From the NCBI RefSeq assembly GCF_000315625.1, contig NW_005434504.1, positions 1 through 64,000 of the forward strand: a DNA stretch of 64,000 nt, given 5' to 3'. Positions 10,144 to 19,940 of the stretch are shown here, in pieces (the first letter of the stretch is position 1; every line of letters starts with the position of its first letter). The position numbers and the translations under genes were made by a program. This stretch comes from Guillardia theta CCMP2712 (Eukaryota > Protista > Cryptophyta). Below the pieces are notes generated by a model that searched no databases, was not told where the DNA came from, and worked only from the letters and a program-made list of their open reading frames with translations.

Positions 10144-10948
10144 CCGGGCGGCCGTGACCGGTCAGCGGACCGTGTCAGCAGGCCCGTGACATGTCAGCCG
10201 GCTGACAGGGGCCGTGACCCGGCTGACAGGCTCACCTGACCGGTCACGTGACACATCACGTGACCGAGACAAGACTTTTTTATATCGCAGATCCAAAAAC
10301 CCATTGGACATTTCTCCCAGGGGGAAGAAAACCTCCCTTGACCCCCCTGTTTCTCGACGGATCCTGCCGGCCGGGCCCGTCAGTAGACCGACTGCAGCCT
10401 TCAGCCCCGCCTCAGACCCCCTGGAGGCCCGCCAGGAGGCTAAGTGTCCGGAGATTGGCCGGGGGCCTGATCTCTCCGGGCGGCCGTGACCGGTCAGCGG
10501 ACCGTGTCAGCAGGCCCGTGACATGTCAGCCGGCTGACAGGGTCCGTGACCCGGCTGACAGGCTCACCTGACCGGTCACGTGACACATCACGTGACCGAG
10601 ACAAGACTTTTTTATATCGCAGATCCAAAAACCCATAGGACATTTCTCCCAGGGGGAAGAAAACCTCCCTTGACCCCCCTGTTTCTCGACGGATCCTGCC
10701 GGCCGGGCCCGTCAGTAGACCGACTGCAGCCTTCAGCCCCGCCTCAGACCCCCTGGAGGCCCGCCAGGAGGCTAAGTGTCCGGAGATTGGCCGGGGGCCC
10801 GATCTCTCCGGGCGGCCGTGACCGGTCAGCGGACCGTGTCAGCAGGCCCGTGACATGTCAGCCGGCTGACAGGGGCCGTGACCCGGCTGACAGGCTCACC
10901 TGACCGGTCACGTGACACATCACGTGACCGAGACAAGACTTTTTTATA
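10144..10948 (+). repeat. Satellite A, about 2.4 copies
   Basis: 332-bp periodicity (10248/10580). Confidence 0.95.
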
Positions 10949-11110
10949 CCGCGTCTTGGGCTGGTAGCCGGGGGTCTTGGCGTTGGTCCAGCCGGCGCAG
11001 GGGATCTGGTCCGCCCCGGCGCTCGCCAGCAGGTCCACGTTGACGGTGTCGTCCAGCAGCACGCACTGGACCCACCAGGCGGCGGGGATCTCCATCTGCG
11101 ACGCGTCGTT
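10949..11110 (-). pseudogene. About 162-166-bp internal fragment of an unrelated gene
   Basis: Stop-free GC-rich frame ASQMEIPAAWWVQCVLLDDTVNVDLLASAGADQIPCAGWTNAKTPGYQPKTR, out of frame with the helicase. Confidence 0.65.
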
Positions 11111-12548
11111 TGTAGAACAGATTGGACACCATGTCGCATATGGTTGGATGCATGCGGTATTGTTCTATGAGCATGGGCACGTGCCTCGATGCGGTGAGGC
11201 GGTGGAAGAAGCTGTTGAAGTTCTCGGCGTAGGAGAAGGCTGTCAGCTGGTTCTGATCGCCGATGGCCACCACTGCCTGTATGGGATTGGAGAGGACGAG
11301 GAACGGCATCTTGTAGTCTGGCATGACTCCTGCCTCATCGATTACGAGCACGGCGGGGTGTCTCACCTCGATTTGATAGACGGAGTCTACCGTGCTCACA
11401 AAGGCCCTGCATTGGTTGATGTATCTCTCCCTCGTTGTCTCGATCAGCTCGTCCAGATCCGTGCATGTCCTCTCGTACTCGGCGCGTAGGCTCTCGATGT
11501 CCATCTGCAGGGCCATGAAGGTGGATTCCGCAATGGCCTGCATGCACTTCCTCCAGTGACGACGGCCGAGGCCTCGCACTTTGTTCCGATTCTTGTACAG
11601 GTCTATCTCCATTCTCTGTGTGATCGCCTCAAGCTTGTCGGCCCGGTCCATGCAGGCCACCACCTTTGCATCGCGTATCACCCATGCGTCGAGCGTGTAA
11701 TCTTTGCTCGCCGAGCTCAGCCTGTCTGGGTTACCATAGACGATGAAGATGAGGTCCTTGTCTTGCTGCAGCTTCAGGACTATGCTCTCGAGAGCCTTGT
11801 TCTGTATGCAAACGATGATGGCCCTGTGATTCAACGGGATGCATCCATGCGCGATGTGGTAGATGGTTGTTGACTTCCCCGTTCCTGGTGGCCCCTGTAT
11901 TCCCTCGACCCGCCTTCGCATGCTAGTCACGGCGTCTGCCTGCCTGTCATTGATGGGGATGATTTCTCCGCTGATCTCCTTGCGGAACTGGAATGGGAAG
12001 TTGCCGTTCACCTCGGCGATGGCCTGCAGGATGGCCGGGTGCTGTGCGCTCTGCTGTGCGTTGAGCACGGCGACGAGGTCGTGAATGTAAGACTTGGCGT
12101 ATCCCACGAGATGAACCCTCTGCGCACCTGCCCTCTTGAGCTCGGGCATGTAACCAGGGTCGTGGAATGACGTGCCCTCCTTGATCTTTGCGGTGCTCCT
12201 CTCGCGGTCCACCTTCAGGAGGCACCACCGATCCTCTACGAGGAATATGTTCCATGCAAACTCCGCTATATCCACCGTGTTTCCTTGCCTGTCGGTGAGG
12301 CTCACCACGCTGTCTTCGAACATCTGCATGTGCATCGGCTTGAGGCAGCGATCGCGCCATCCGCTTCCCATGGGCTTGACCGACGATTGGAACCAGCTCC
12401 AGATCTCCGCGAGGATGTTCTCCTTGCAGTCGCTCAGGTACGTCGCCACTGTGTAATTGGTCTGCATCGGGCGGCATTGATGGGGGCGGGGGAAGAGAAG
12501 GCAATTCGTAGCCTCCTTGAGACACTCCTTGGATTCATGGGTGTCCAT
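11111..12548 (-). pseudogene. Upf1/Dna2-like superfamily 1 helicase, lacking most of the C-terminal RecA domain
   Basis: IQGPPGTGKSTT (Walker A), VIDEAG (Walker B), IGDQNQL, QYRMHPTI, LFY; similarity stops after LFYK. Confidence 0.9.
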
Positions 12549-12635
12549 CTCTTGTTCTGTATGTGGCACGGCAGGTGTGTTTAGCAGTGGTTTTGAAACC
12601 GGTTTATTCAAAAAAAAAAGAATACGGGCAGGCCT

Positions 12636-13079
12636 CTATGCTGCCTCCTCTCTGAAGCGCTTCTCATCCTCGTACTTTTGTAGCTTGCTGCTCATGATGG
12701 TGATCTGTGCCTTGGCAACAGAGATCCTCTCCTCGAGCACTGCCTTCCTATTCTCTAGCACCTCTGTCTCCAGCCTGGCAAAGGGGCGCCTTGGTTTGGC
12801 GGGCTTTGGCTCCTTGGCCTTCTTGCTCACGCCAGCGCCCTTGACCGACGTTGCCTTAGACTTCGCCTGCTTGCCAGCCTTCTTGCCAGCCTTCTTCTCC
12901 TTGTGCTCGTCACCGTTGTCCTCCTCGTTCTCCGCACCCTCGTCCTCCTCCATATCGTTATCGATCTCCTTCTCGATCTCATCATCGTCATTCAATCCAT
13001 TCTTGTTCTTCGCAGGCGGCATATCCGCGTTCGTTCCAGAGTGCTGCGGTGCTTCAGAAAACGGTGCTACAGGAAACAT
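12636..13079 (-). CDS. Acidic then Lys-rich protein with C-terminal coiled coil (possible DNA-binding)
   Basis: ATG 13079; D/E tract, KKAGKKAG tract, PRRPFARLE...coiled coil. Confidence 0.75.
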   Translation of the reverse strand: MFPVAPFSEAPQHSGTNADMPPAKNKNGLNDDDEIEKEIDNDMEEDEGAENEEDNGDEHKEKKAGKKAGKQAKSKATSVKGAGVSKKAKEPKPAKPRRPFARLETEVLENRKAVLEERISVAKAQITIMSSKLQKYEDEKRFREEAA

Positions 13080-13169
13080 TTTTTTTGCAAGTGTGGGTGC
13101 CTCTGAACCCAAAAAAAAACAAGCTCGATCCGTTGCATTAGAAGGTTTGCTGCTCCGCCCTAGCAGGGA

Positions 13170-13769
13170 ATGGGTGAGCGCTGCCAGTACCGCACGTATG
13201 TGTCGCAGACGCATTACGATAGCGGTGATACGATGTGCACATCTGTATCGTATCTGATTGCATGTGCTGTGCTTGGGGATTACGGGATGTCACTCCCTCC
13301 GTCGCGCCAGCAGATGGACACTGTGATGAAGATATCCAGCATCCTGCATCGGAAGCTTGTGCATGAGAACAATTTCAAGCATCGTTTGTTTGCCTGCATG
13401 GATGTGGTAGATCTGGTGAAGCACCCTGAGAGCCTCGTGCTGCGAGAGGTGGTTGGCAGCACGCAACGTCTCCCGGAGGACTTCATCGGGACATTTCAAG
13501 ATCAAAACGACGACGATTGCATCATCCTCGACATACACACCCTCGTCGATAGCATGGTTCCGAGATCCTCCATCGTGGTCACGGTGAACGAGCACAGCAC
13601 GATGCTTCACCATGCAGAGGATGGCAGATTCTGGTACTTTGACCCATTGGTTGCCTATGTCATGTGCACTGGGGATCGTGGCAAGACACAGACCTTTGTC
13701 AAGGGCAGGCTGGGTGCGGTGGCAAGGGAGTACACAGGTGTTTATATCAAGCTCAAACCAACGCAATAA
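13170..13769 (+). CDS. Putative papain-like cysteine protease/deubiquitinase (herpes tegument C76-like N-terminal motif)
   Basis: SQTHYDSGDTMCTSVS (Q...C), NEHSTML (His), RFWYFDPL (Asp). Confidence 0.55.
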   Translation: MGERCQYRTYVSQTHYDSGDTMCTSVSYLIACAVLGDYGMSLPPSRQQMDTVMKISSILHRKLVHENNFKHRLFACMDVVDLVKHPESLVLREVVGSTQRLPEDFIGTFQDQNDDDCIILDIHTLVDSMVPRSSIVVTVNEHSTMLHHAEDGRFWYFDPLVAYVMCTGDRGKTQTFVKGRLGAVAREYTGVYIKLKPTQ

Positions 13770-13773
13770 ATCT

Positions 13774-15105
13774 CTACCCCCGAACCTGGGGTAGAAGGCA
13801 GAGCCCATGCGCCTCTATCTTCCATATGTTCTTGAGGTTGACGTCAATGCTCTTCCCCTCGAACGCCTTGGTGATGCAGGGGGCGTCTACCATGTAGTGC
13901 ATCTCTACCTCCGCTTGCACTGTGGAGATATCCACCGCATTTTTGCAGTGGCTCCTGACGATCCCGCCGTTCCTGCAAACCAGGGATATGCCCCTCCTAC
14001 CAAGGCATGATTCCACGAACGCGGATGCCTCGTCCTTCTCCTCGGGTGTCATCTCCGCTTGCAGCTCGTCCCTCAATTTTTGCATCATCACCTCGTTCTG
14101 GATGTAGACGCCGTGGTGCTTGGCCGTAAGCCTCCTGCTCTCTTCCGTCTGCACCGCGCGCTTCTCCAACAACTTCCTGCACACCTGATTCTCAAAGTGT
14201 CGGATGCTGACCTGCTTGGCATGCCGGAGTATCGATGCGCTCTGCTGCATCGCCACGTCATACCGCTTCATCCCGTGATCGTCATCGATGAACTGCCTGT
14301 TGACGGCATCGAAGTCCCTCTGCCACTGGAACGGTGTCTCGTTGCCCTCCATCTTCACCACCCGTGCGGAGAGGACCTCACCGTTGCCGGGAGTGGTGGG
14401 CATGTAGAGGGTGTCCAGGCAGTAGAGCAGGTTTCCCTTGCGGAACCGCATCTCGTGCCGCACAATCGACAACCCCTGCTTCTGCATGCTGGACATCACC
14501 GCGTTCACCGCCCTGGCCTGTGTCGACCAGTTGAGCTCGGAGGACACGTTCCCCCTCACCACGTTCCTCGCCGACACCCTGCAGTTGCCAAAGCGCGATG
14601 TGCCGTCCCATCCCGAACCCCTCTCGGATATCTTCTTCTGGCACTTGAAGACCAGGTTCTGATAGAGCGTCGAAGGCACTGCCTCGTCCAGGGCTTCCGC
14701 CTCTTCCTCTGGGGCGCTGTCCACATGCAGACCCTTGATGTGCTTGAGCATGGCCTCCCGCAATGGATGGCACTGCTCGAATATGGTGTTGTTGGCATGC
14801 AGGATGTTGCCGGCGTGCGCCTTGAAGGATTCCATGTCATCGCACTGCGGGATGGGTATGGGAACCTTGATCACCGCCGTGCCTAGGTTGGTCGTGATGG
14901 AGTTCTCCGTGCATGTGAGCCTGCAGCGCACGAGGGTGTGCAGGTCGGCAGGATGGATCTGGCGGCAGGTACCTGTGACGATGCCCTGAGATCTCGCACT
15001 GTTGATCACATGCACGACAGCCTCGCTCTCGAGCCTCCGGAGGCTGGATGCAGGGCCGGATTCTTGTAGGCGCAGAAGCTTCTTGGTAGACTGCTTCCAA
15101 GACAT
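13774..15105 (-). CDS. Hypothetical protein
   Basis: 443-aa ORF, convergent with and abutting the previous gene. Confidence 0.75.
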   Translation of the reverse strand: MSWKQSTKKLLRLQESGPASSLRRLESEAVVHVINSARSQGIVTGTCRQIHPADLHTLVRCRLTCTENSITTNLGTAVIKVPIPIPQCDDMESFKAHAGNILHANNTIFEQCHPLREAMLKHIKGLHVDSAPEEEAEALDEAVPSTLYQNLVFKCQKKISERGSGWDGTSRFGNCRVSARNVVRGNVSSELNWSTQARAVNAVMSSMQKQGLSIVRHEMRFRKGNLLYCLDTLYMPTTPGNGEVLSARVVKMEGNETPFQWQRDFDAVNRQFIDDDHGMKRYDVAMQQSASILRHAKQVSIRHFENQVCRKLLEKRAVQTEESRRLTAKHHGVYIQNEVMMQKLRDELQAEMTPEEKDEASAFVESCLGRRGISLVCRNGGIVRSHCKNAVDISTVQAEVEMHYMVDAPCITKAFEGKSIDVNLKNIWKIEAHGLCLLPQVRG

Positions 15106-15187
15106 CGCACCAGAAACAACCGTCTGTCGCTATCGCATATACTCCTAAATACCTCCTTTGTCATTCTCCGACAGACCTCTTCTGGAT

Positions 15188-16783
15188 TCATTCTGTATCT
15201 GACAGGTTGCTGTACTCGCTCGCTCCAAAGAGCCTTGCGGAGAATATCGCCACGATGAGCGCCGCTACGCCAAGCGCCGACACAGCCGCTACCCAGAGCA
15301 GGGAGATGTCCGAGCCGCGGAAGGATGCCAGCTTTGCATCGACTCTCACCCCGAGGTCCCGAACAAACAGGTTCATCCCCCACAGGCCAGAGATGTTCCC
15401 TCCCCCAACCACCTCGGCGCTGGCATCCGACAGTGCCGTCAGGATGTCGGGCATCTGCAGCGCCTGTGAATCGATGATGCACACCATCTCCACCGACACG
15501 GCCTGCACTGGGAGCGAGCGCCGCATGGGAAATGCGCTCACATCCGCTGTTCGCTCTTCGTCGAACACCCCCATCCTTTGCAGCCAGTCGGGAAACACAT
15601 AGGGTGAGGATTGGCTGTCCCTGACAAGCACTGTCTGAACTGGGATGTAGTTGGCAGGGACGAGATTCTCGTAGATCTTTCTTGCGCTGTGCATGTAGAT
15701 CCTCCACTCCCTGGCATACTGCGTGCTGTGAAGCTCTGAAAGTACCCTGCTGTTGACATTGAGCAAGCGGGATTTCAACACCGCCCGCTCGAATGCCGCC
15801 GACATCGTGGCGGATACGCCGTCCAGCCATCCCCCAACCAAGGGTGAGGACTGCATCGTCAGGTTGGTTGGGGCCACGTCTGCCTGCAGCGTGCGTGAGA
15901 GTTCGGTGCTGTTCATCAAGAGCCAGACCGTGAAGCCCACCGTCATCCCGGTCTCTCTAGGCACCTCGCAGGTAGACGGCATCCCCGACGATTGCGCATG
16001 CGGTGGGTATGCGTACAACCCTAGGTTGAAGAACCATTGGCACACCTTGCTGTTTCCTTCGTATCTTGCGAGCCAGAATGAATTCTCCGGCTTGGAGGCG
16101 TTCAATGCAACGCATTCGCGCACGTCTTCAAAGCTCCTTGTGATCAGAGTGTTGATATCCCGCAGGAGCACAGACTGGTACGGCACCCATACCATGTCTT
16201 GGAAGCCGCCGCTCTCTGTCGCAAACACGCCAACCAATCTCAGATCGATGAGGTAATTCCCGTACTCGTCCAGGCTCTCCGCCCCGTACTTCTGAGCTAC
16301 GGTGTGCGAAAGCGTCAGTGTGAAGCTGCTGTAGTTGTATCTCACCCCCTCGGATGCCGCGATATCACCGAAGTTGCGCAGGTGCCGCACGACCGCGCCG
16401 TATTCGCTGCTGTTCCTTGCGCAGCTGGGTATACCAGCCGTCGACAGCTGCAGGGCGCTGTTCATGTATGCAGTCGTCAAGAGGAATTCCTCGATGCAAC
16501 ACCATCCCTCCACCGGTGCACACCAGGGCGCTACATCCGTGAGGAAGTTGTAGCTCGGGCCCGTCGCACCCCTCTGATCTAGCAGGAAAAGGGCAAAGTT
16601 GGCCCCGGGTTGGTCTGGGACGATGCTCACCGTCCAGGCCTGCGTGCTGGCATCGAAGCTGTTTGTGGTCGCCGCATGCAGCGTGGCTGTGCCGATGACG
16701 TCCACCCCTCCATGCACGGGCATGAAGCCCTGCGATTGCGACATGGGCAGTGCTGCTAGCAGCAGAAAAAGCAGCGCGAGCAT
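15188..16783 (-). CDS. Type I membrane glycoprotein-like protein
   Basis: Signal peptide MLALLFLLLAALP, several NxS/T sequons, C-terminal TM LLWVAAVSALGVAALIVAIF. Confidence 0.8.
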   Translation of the reverse strand: MLALLFLLLAALPMSQSQGFMPVHGGVDVIGTATLHAATTNSFDASTQAWTVSIVPDQPGANFALFLLDQRGATGPSYNFLTDVAPWCAPVEGWCCIEEFLLTTAYMNSALQLSTAGIPSCARNSSEYGAVVRHLRNFGDIAASEGVRYNYSSFTLTLSHTVAQKYGAESLDEYGNYLIDLRLVGVFATESGGFQDMVWVPYQSVLLRDINTLITRSFEDVRECVALNASKPENSFWLARYEGNSKVCQWFFNLGLYAYPPHAQSSGMPSTCEVPRETGMTVGFTVWLLMNSTELSRTLQADVAPTNLTMQSSPLVGGWLDGVSATMSAAFERAVLKSRLLNVNSRVLSELHSTQYAREWRIYMHSARKIYENLVPANYIPVQTVLVRDSQSSPYVFPDWLQRMGVFDEERTADVSAFPMRRSLPVQAVSVEMVCIIDSQALQMPDILTALSDASAEVVGGGNISGLWGMNLFVRDLGVRVDAKLASFRGSDISLLWVAAVSALGVAALIVAIFSARLFGASEYSNLSDTE

Positions 16784-16869
16784 CGATGCGCACCGCAACC
16801 CCCCTAGGGGCTTTATACACAGCAGATACGAAGGAGTGTGGTTTATACCGAACGTAAATGACGTACACC

Positions 16870-17244
16870 CTACTTCTTGCGATACTCAATGAGAAAGTAT
16901 GCAAACCAGTCTCGCAGCAGCATGATTGGCAAGCCAAACTGCCCGCTGAGCTTGTAAATGGTCTGCACCACCACTGATTTCTGCACGGCAACACTCGTCT
17001 TCATCTTCGGGGGTTCGGGGATGGTGGAGTTGGGCGGTTGCCGATCATCAGCCTTCGAGATCTGTGGCCACAAGTAACCGATGATCAACATGAGCTCATT
17101 GAAGAGCTGCAAGGTGATCACACATGCCACCAGTGTCATGATGATGAGACGTGACGAATCGTCGATTTCATCTTGAGCATGTGCGGGGGGAATGACCTGT
17201 CGGTTGTTCCTTGAATTGCGCGTAGACACCGGCATGGATTGCAC
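16870..17244 (-). CDS. Small membrane protein
   Basis: Hydrophobic segment LIIMTLVACVITLQLFNELMLIIGYLW; tatataag just upstream. Confidence 0.6.
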   Translation of the reverse strand: MQSMPVSTRNSRNNRQVIPPAHAQDEIDDSSRLIIMTLVACVITLQLFNELMLIIGYLWPQISKADDRQPPNSTIPEPPKMKTSVAVQKSVVVQTIYKLSGQFGLPIMLLRDWFAYFLIEYRKK

Positions 17245-17278
17245 ATGCAGGCAACGCTGTCTTATATAGTAATCAAAC

Positions 17279-19462
17279 TCACTTGTGGTTCTTGATGTAG
17301 ATAACGCGGTTCTTGCCCGCGACGGACGCCTGGAATCGTTTCATTGCAGACTGGTTCATCTGGTGTACGGCAATGGCCTTGTTTCCAAAACGCACAACAT
17401 ACCTCGAGTTTCCACCTTGCTTGATCCATCCCTCTAACTCGTGCTCGTATTGCAAATCGCACACGGAAACGATGGGATGGCAGTCCTGGTTGTAGAACGA
17501 GTGCGTCAGTGGTGGGGAGAGGGGGCAATTGAAGAATCCCTCGAAGTTCTCGATGGGTGGCAGTGCATATCTCGCGATCTCCCGCATCTCCTTGATCTCG
17601 TCTTGATCATACGAGACTTGCAGACCCTGCATCTTGTTGTCAGACGCTGAGCATACCTTGCCAACCGTGACACCCAGCAGTGAATTCCCGATAGGGATCA
17701 CGTTGCCGACGCATGCCACCACGTGCCAGAACACGCCGTCTATCTTCCCCACGTGCAACCAGGGCTTCACATCCTTGGACGGCGCCATCATGTTTGTGCA
17801 GGTGTTCAGCAGGCCGCAGTCCTGCATGAGCTCTGCTTGTGATGAATCCATATCCGCTCCGAGGTTGCCCCCGACCTGGTGTTGCATCGGTCTGTTTGCA
17901 ACCTCGATGCGGATCGGGGCGGTGAGCTCCGTCAGGATGTCACCGTATTCGGTGTTGTCCTTGCCCCGTACGATCATCGCCGCGCAATGCCCCATGACCT
18001 GGTTTGCCGCCCCTTGCTTCTGCACTTGCTCGACGTTGGCCGCCTTCGCGCTCATCAGCACCAGCTTCATCTTGGTGTCATAGATGTGATCGCCAAATTC
18101 CGCACACTGCCGCAGCGTGTCCTGTACCTGCTCGCGCTTCCATTCCTTCGCGAGGGGGTGATTGCAGATCGCCTCGAGTGCCTGTGAGCGGAAATCCTTT
18201 GCCGAGATCCGTTGGAAGCCGGGGTTGGCGTCATAGAATGAATCCGCTGAGCCAGACAGACGCCAGCACAGGCGCCGCAGAAGCTCGAACTGTGTCTTGG
18301 CAAAGTTGGCACAGTCCTCGCAGTCTCCCTTGTAGTAATCGTTGACGTAGCCCTTGCGAGCATCCGCTGATACACCCGAGAACAGATCGGAGAGGGTTGC
18401 GTTGGCCTGCCTGAGGTAGACGTCACTGAAGGGGATCATGATGTCCTCCGAGAGCTTGTACCCCGTCACGCCCTGCCTCTTCTGCACCGGGTGCACCTTG
18501 CTCACGAACTTACCGTTCTTGTCCTCGTAGATCTCCATCACCATGTCATCTACATCGCCGTTGATCACCGGCTTCATGTCCGAGGCATAGGTGTAGTTGC
18601 TGGAGAAGAGCGGTCCGACATTGACAAGGCACGCATTCGCGGCTGCGGCCGTGATCTTGTCCTTGGGGCAGAGCCCGGTGGTCTTGAACAGCGCCGCCGC
18701 CGTCCCGAAGACGTCGATGAGCGATGCCCGTGTGACAGAGATCTTCTCATCGATGATGGGGTCGAGGTTGGTCAGCATGTCCATCATGGTGTTGCAGATG
18801 CTGCTCACAAAGGTGCCGGCGAGGATCCCCTCGGGGTGAGGCTTCAGCCCTTGCTGGGCGATGGAACCGTAGAAGTTCTCCGCGATTTGCGCCTGCTTGC
18901 AGTTGTACTGGTTGATGCGCTCCTGCGGCATGGGGATCAGCTTGCTCTCCATCTCCGAAAGCCTCTTCAATGCCTTCGCGTTGATGCCTGCATACTGCTT
19001 CTGTAGATCCTTCGGAAGGGGTATGGTCTCCACCACTACGCAGATGTCAGGTTGAACGGGATCGAATGCGATGCCCATGAAGGGCGTGCGGGTGTTGTGC
19101 TGCAGGCCATCGATGGCCGCTCTCAGCGGCACACGGTTGGTCGTCATGTGGATGTCCTTGACCGCATGCACCCCGTTGTCCCCACTCACCACCTCGTTCA
19201 TGCTGGGCCCTTTGGTGATTGCCATGAGCTGCAGGTGCTGGATCTCTGCGGTTGCAAGATCGGCTGCGAAAACAAAGGTGTCGGGTGCGATCTTAGCCAT
19301 CGGGTGTGAGGCATGCCCATTGATCCAGCCCATGGCATGCTCTATGATGGAGAATTTCTCCTCCTTGTACGTGCAGTAGATGCGAAGCGCGCATATGAAT
19401 GGGGTTTCCCCCGTTGGTTTTGGGTGGGTGTTGCTGACCGACAGCGCAATCCGTGCCGCCAT
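17279..19462 (-). CDS. Transglutaminase-like/papain-fold protein (KGDCED...GHCAAMIV...LTELT); homologue of 3175-6216
   Basis: 727-aa ORF aligning by eye over its full length with residues about 223-1013 of the first copy. Confidence 0.85.
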   Translation of the reverse strand: MAARIALSVSNTHPKPTGETPFICALRIYCTYKEEKFSIIEHAMGWINGHASHPMAKIAPDTFVFAADLATAEIQHLQLMAITKGPSMNEVVSGDNGVHAVKDIHMTTNRVPLRAAIDGLQHNTRTPFMGIAFDPVQPDICVVVETIPLPKDLQKQYAGINAKALKRLSEMESKLIPMPQERINQYNCKQAQIAENFYGSIAQQGLKPHPEGILAGTFVSSICNTMMDMLTNLDPIIDEKISVTRASLIDVFGTAAALFKTTGLCPKDKITAAAANACLVNVGPLFSSNYTYASDMKPVINGDVDDMVMEIYEDKNGKFVSKVHPVQKRQGVTGYKLSEDIMIPFSDVYLRQANATLSDLFSGVSADARKGYVNDYYKGDCEDCANFAKTQFELLRRLCWRLSGSADSFYDANPGFQRISAKDFRSQALEAICNHPLAKEWKREQVQDTLRQCAEFGDHIYDTKMKLVLMSAKAANVEQVQKQGAANQVMGHCAAMIVRGKDNTEYGDILTELTAPIRIEVANRPMQHQVGGNLGADMDSSQAELMQDCGLLNTCTNMMAPSKDVKPWLHVGKIDGVFWHVVACVGNVIPIGNSLLGVTVGKVCSASDNKMQGLQVSYDQDEIKEMREIARYALPPIENFEGFFNCPLSPPLTHSFYNQDCHPIVSVCDLQYEHELEGWIKQGGNSRYVVRFGNKAIAVHQMNQSAMKRFQASVAGKNRVIYIKNHK

Positions 19463-19484
19463 TTGACTTGTGAGGCTTGTTTAG

Positions 19485-19561
19485 TTTTATATAGTGTGTT
19501 CAGTCATCGGTCTGTGGCAAAATCTACCTCGTTGCCCGGGCACCCACGCTTGCTATATAAA
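19485..19561. promoter_or_regulatory. Back-to-back TATA boxes of a divergent promoter
   Basis: TATATAAAA on minus at 19485-19493 (ATG 19462) and TATATAAA on plus at 19554-19561 (ATG 19588). Confidence 0.65.
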
Positions 19562-19587
19562 TTTTATGCTTTGCTTGCTTGAAAATC

Positions 19588-19940
19588 ATGAGTCAGCATG
19601 TTGTTTTGGATCCTCTACTGGATCGTTTGTCTGTTCTCCTTGGTGTCAGGAAGCAATGGGCATATGAGTTGATGTTTGGATTGAGATCGGATAGTGCATC
19701 AGAGTGGATGACTGCCGTGGAAGGCCTCAATTCTGAAAACACAATTGACTTCATCTCGTACAATGTATGCCCAGTCCTGGATCAGTTCACTCTTTGTGCG
19801 AGTGAGGTCAGTCTTGAGGACAAAGCGAAGTTCAATCGAGGGATGGACAGAGCCTCCATGATGACCCAGTTCCTTCTTTGCCGGTATCTGAAGCATGATG
19901 AGGATGTGGAGACCATCCTTGTAAATCGTCGATTGCTCAC
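19588..19940 (+). pseudogene. 3'-truncated hypothetical gene
   Basis: MSQHVVLDPLL... runs head-on into the opposite-strand Cys-rich gene with no intervening stop; junction approximate. Confidence 0.5.

Noticed and set aside
1-10948. Inverted satellite A blocks as terminal inverted repeats of a 9.4-kb Polinton/virophage-like element
   Set aside because: The inner ends are out of register, the repeat is tandem and recurs at 24838, and no integrase, pPolB or capsid of that type was seen.
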